A stretch of 64,000 bases of DNA from Mobula hypostoma (taxonomy: Eukaryota). Within the stretch, counting starts at the first letter, position 1; every line of letters begins with the position of its first letter. A program made the position numbers and the translations under genes. The stretch is taken from contig NC_086108.1 of NCBI RefSeq assembly GCF_963921235.1, forward strand, positions 105,464,001 to 105,528,000, given 5' to 3'. Below the pieces are notes generated by a model that worked only from the letters and a program-made list of their open reading frames with translations, had not been told where the DNA came from and did no database searches. Below are positions 62,391 through 64,000 of the stretch, in pieces.

Positions 62391-62974
62391 AGTCTGATTG
62401 CCAAAAAGCTCAATTTTAGTTTCATCAAACCATAGAACCTTCTTCCAGCTGACTTCAGAGTCTCCTACATACCTACTGGAAAACTGTAGCAAGATTTCAT
62501 GTGAGTTTTTAATCAGTGGCTTTCTCTTTGCCACTCTCCCATAAAGCCATGACTGGTGAAGCACCCGGACAACAGTTGTTGTGTGTGCAGTCTCTCCCAT
62601 CTCAGCCAGAGTTGTCACAGTCTCTTAGTGGCCTCCCTCCCTAGCCCCCTTCTTGCACGGTCACTCAGTTTTTGAGGATGGCCTGCTGTAGACAGATCTA
62701 CAGCTGTTCCATATTCTTTCCATTTCTTGATGATTTATTTAATTGTACTCCAAGGGATATTCAGTGACTTGGAAATTTTCTTGTATCCATCGCCTGACTT
62801 GTGGTTTTCAATAACCTTTTTGCAGAGTTGATTGGAATGTTCTTTTGACTTTATGATGTTGTTTTTGCCAGGATATTGACTCAACAGCAGCTAGACCTTT
62901 AAATTTTACTACAATCCTTGACTGCACACAGGTCTCCAGAAACAGATCTCCATTTAACTAATTATGTGACTTCT

Positions 62975-63272
62975 ATGTGAGTTCTTCCCCAGGGCACCAC
63001 TACTCAATACAAGGGGACATGGCTTTAAGGTAATGAGTGGGAAATTCAAGGGGGAAGGTTTTTTACTCAGAGAGTGGTTGGTGCGTGGAATGCACTGCCT
63101 GCGTCAGTGGTGGGGGCAGATACACTCGTGAAGTTTAAGAGACTACTAGACAGGTATATGGAGGAATTTAAGGTGGGGGGTTATATGGGAGGTAGGGTTT
63201 GAGGGTCGGCACAACATTGTGGGCCGAAGGGCCTGTACTGTGCTGTACTATTCTATGTTCTATGTTCTATGT
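62975..63272 (+). mobile_element. CR1 3' end inserted in the Tc1 element
   Basis: tttttactcagagagtggttggtgcgtggaatgcactgcc and a (TTCTATG)n tail. The Tc1 sequence resumes afterwards. Confidence 0.88.
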
Positions 63273-63496
63273 AAAACCAATTGATTGCACCAATGATGAT
63301 TTGGTGTGTCATATTAAAGGGGGTGAATACTTATGCAATCAATTATTTTGTGTTTTATATGTGTAGTTAATGCTGACCACTTTGTTGAGATCTGTTTTCA
63401 GTTTGACACGAAAGAGTCTTTTTCTGTTGATCTGTGTCAAAAAAGTCAAATTAAATCCAATGTGATTCAACGTTATAAAACATGGAAACTTTTAAG

Positions 63497-64000
63497 TGGG
63501 CTGATGGTAGTTATATACAGGCCTCCCAACAGTAGTTGGGATGTGGACCACAGATTACAACAGGAAATAGACAAGGTGTGTCTAAAGAGTAATGTTATGA
63601 TAGTCATGGGAGATTTCAACATGAAGGTCAAATGGGAAAATTAAGTTGGTGATGGATCTCAAGAGTGAGTTTGTTGAATGCCAAAGAGATGGTTTTTTAG
63701 AGCAGTTTGTCGTTGAGCCTATTAGGGGATCAGCTATACTGGACTGGGTGTGATGTAATGAATCAGACGTGATTAGGGAGCCTAAGGTAAAAGAACGCTT
63801 AAGAGGCAGTGATCACAATATGATTGAGTTCAACTTGAAATTTGAAAAGGAAAAGGTAGGGTATGACAGTACTTCAGTGGAATAAAGGAAATTACAGTGG
63901 TATGAGAGGAGAAAGTAAATTAGAAGGAGATGCTGGCAGGGATGAGAGCAGAGCAGCAAAGGTGAGTTGCTGGGAAAAATGAGGAAAGTACAGGATGGAT
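63497..64000 (+). mobile_element. CR1 APE-domain fragment truncating the Tc1 right TIR
   Basis: VIYRPPNS...VMGDFN, GSDHNMI. Confidence 0.87.

Larger units (their letters stand above)
59000..63496 (-). mobile_element. Tc1-family DNA transposon with long IR/DR-type TIRs; transposase pseudogene on the minus strand, interrupted by Gypsy and CR1
   Basis: TA|CAGTG start. 59040-59215 is inverted at about 63320-63496. Peptides WKKVLWFDETKIELFG, HGDGCIMLWG and a decayed PSHRPELNPVEKLW. Confidence 0.92.

Noticed and set aside
1..64000. CRISPR arrays, operons or other prokaryotic systems
   Set aside because: No regularly spaced repeat-spacer array or gene-dense coding region; the content is vertebrate-type transposon DNA.

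Overview
Eukaryotic, repeat-saturated intergenic or intronic DNA. I found no recognisable host protein-coding gene, rRNA or true tRNA. The repeat mix suggests a cartilaginous fish, probably a ray (inference, not verified). Most of the window is nested, mostly 5'-truncated transposon debris: many CR1-clade LINEs (one with an open 559-aa RT ORF), Rex1/Babar-type LINEs, two R4/Dong-like RLE retrotransposons, an L1 3' fragment with a 14-bp TSD and an RTE fragment. It also holds several RTE-derived non-autonomous elements, tRNA-derived SINEs, and Tc1 elements, one of them split by a 5'-deleted Gypsy element whose solo LTR lies about 53 kb away. The most notable signal is a family of Penelope-like elements (GIY-YIG tail, polypyrimidine tract, pLTR) carrying minimal type I hammerhead ribozymes, in about 15 variably decayed copies. 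These include hammerhead-only mini insertions and fold-back pairs that break at the ribozyme. Other points of interest are an RTE LINE with a 167-bp partner sharing its 3' end, SINEs with one head and swapped tails, a Gypsy RT with YLDN, an L2 fold-back hairpin and a few repeat-free islands. Boundaries without a stated TSD are approximate.
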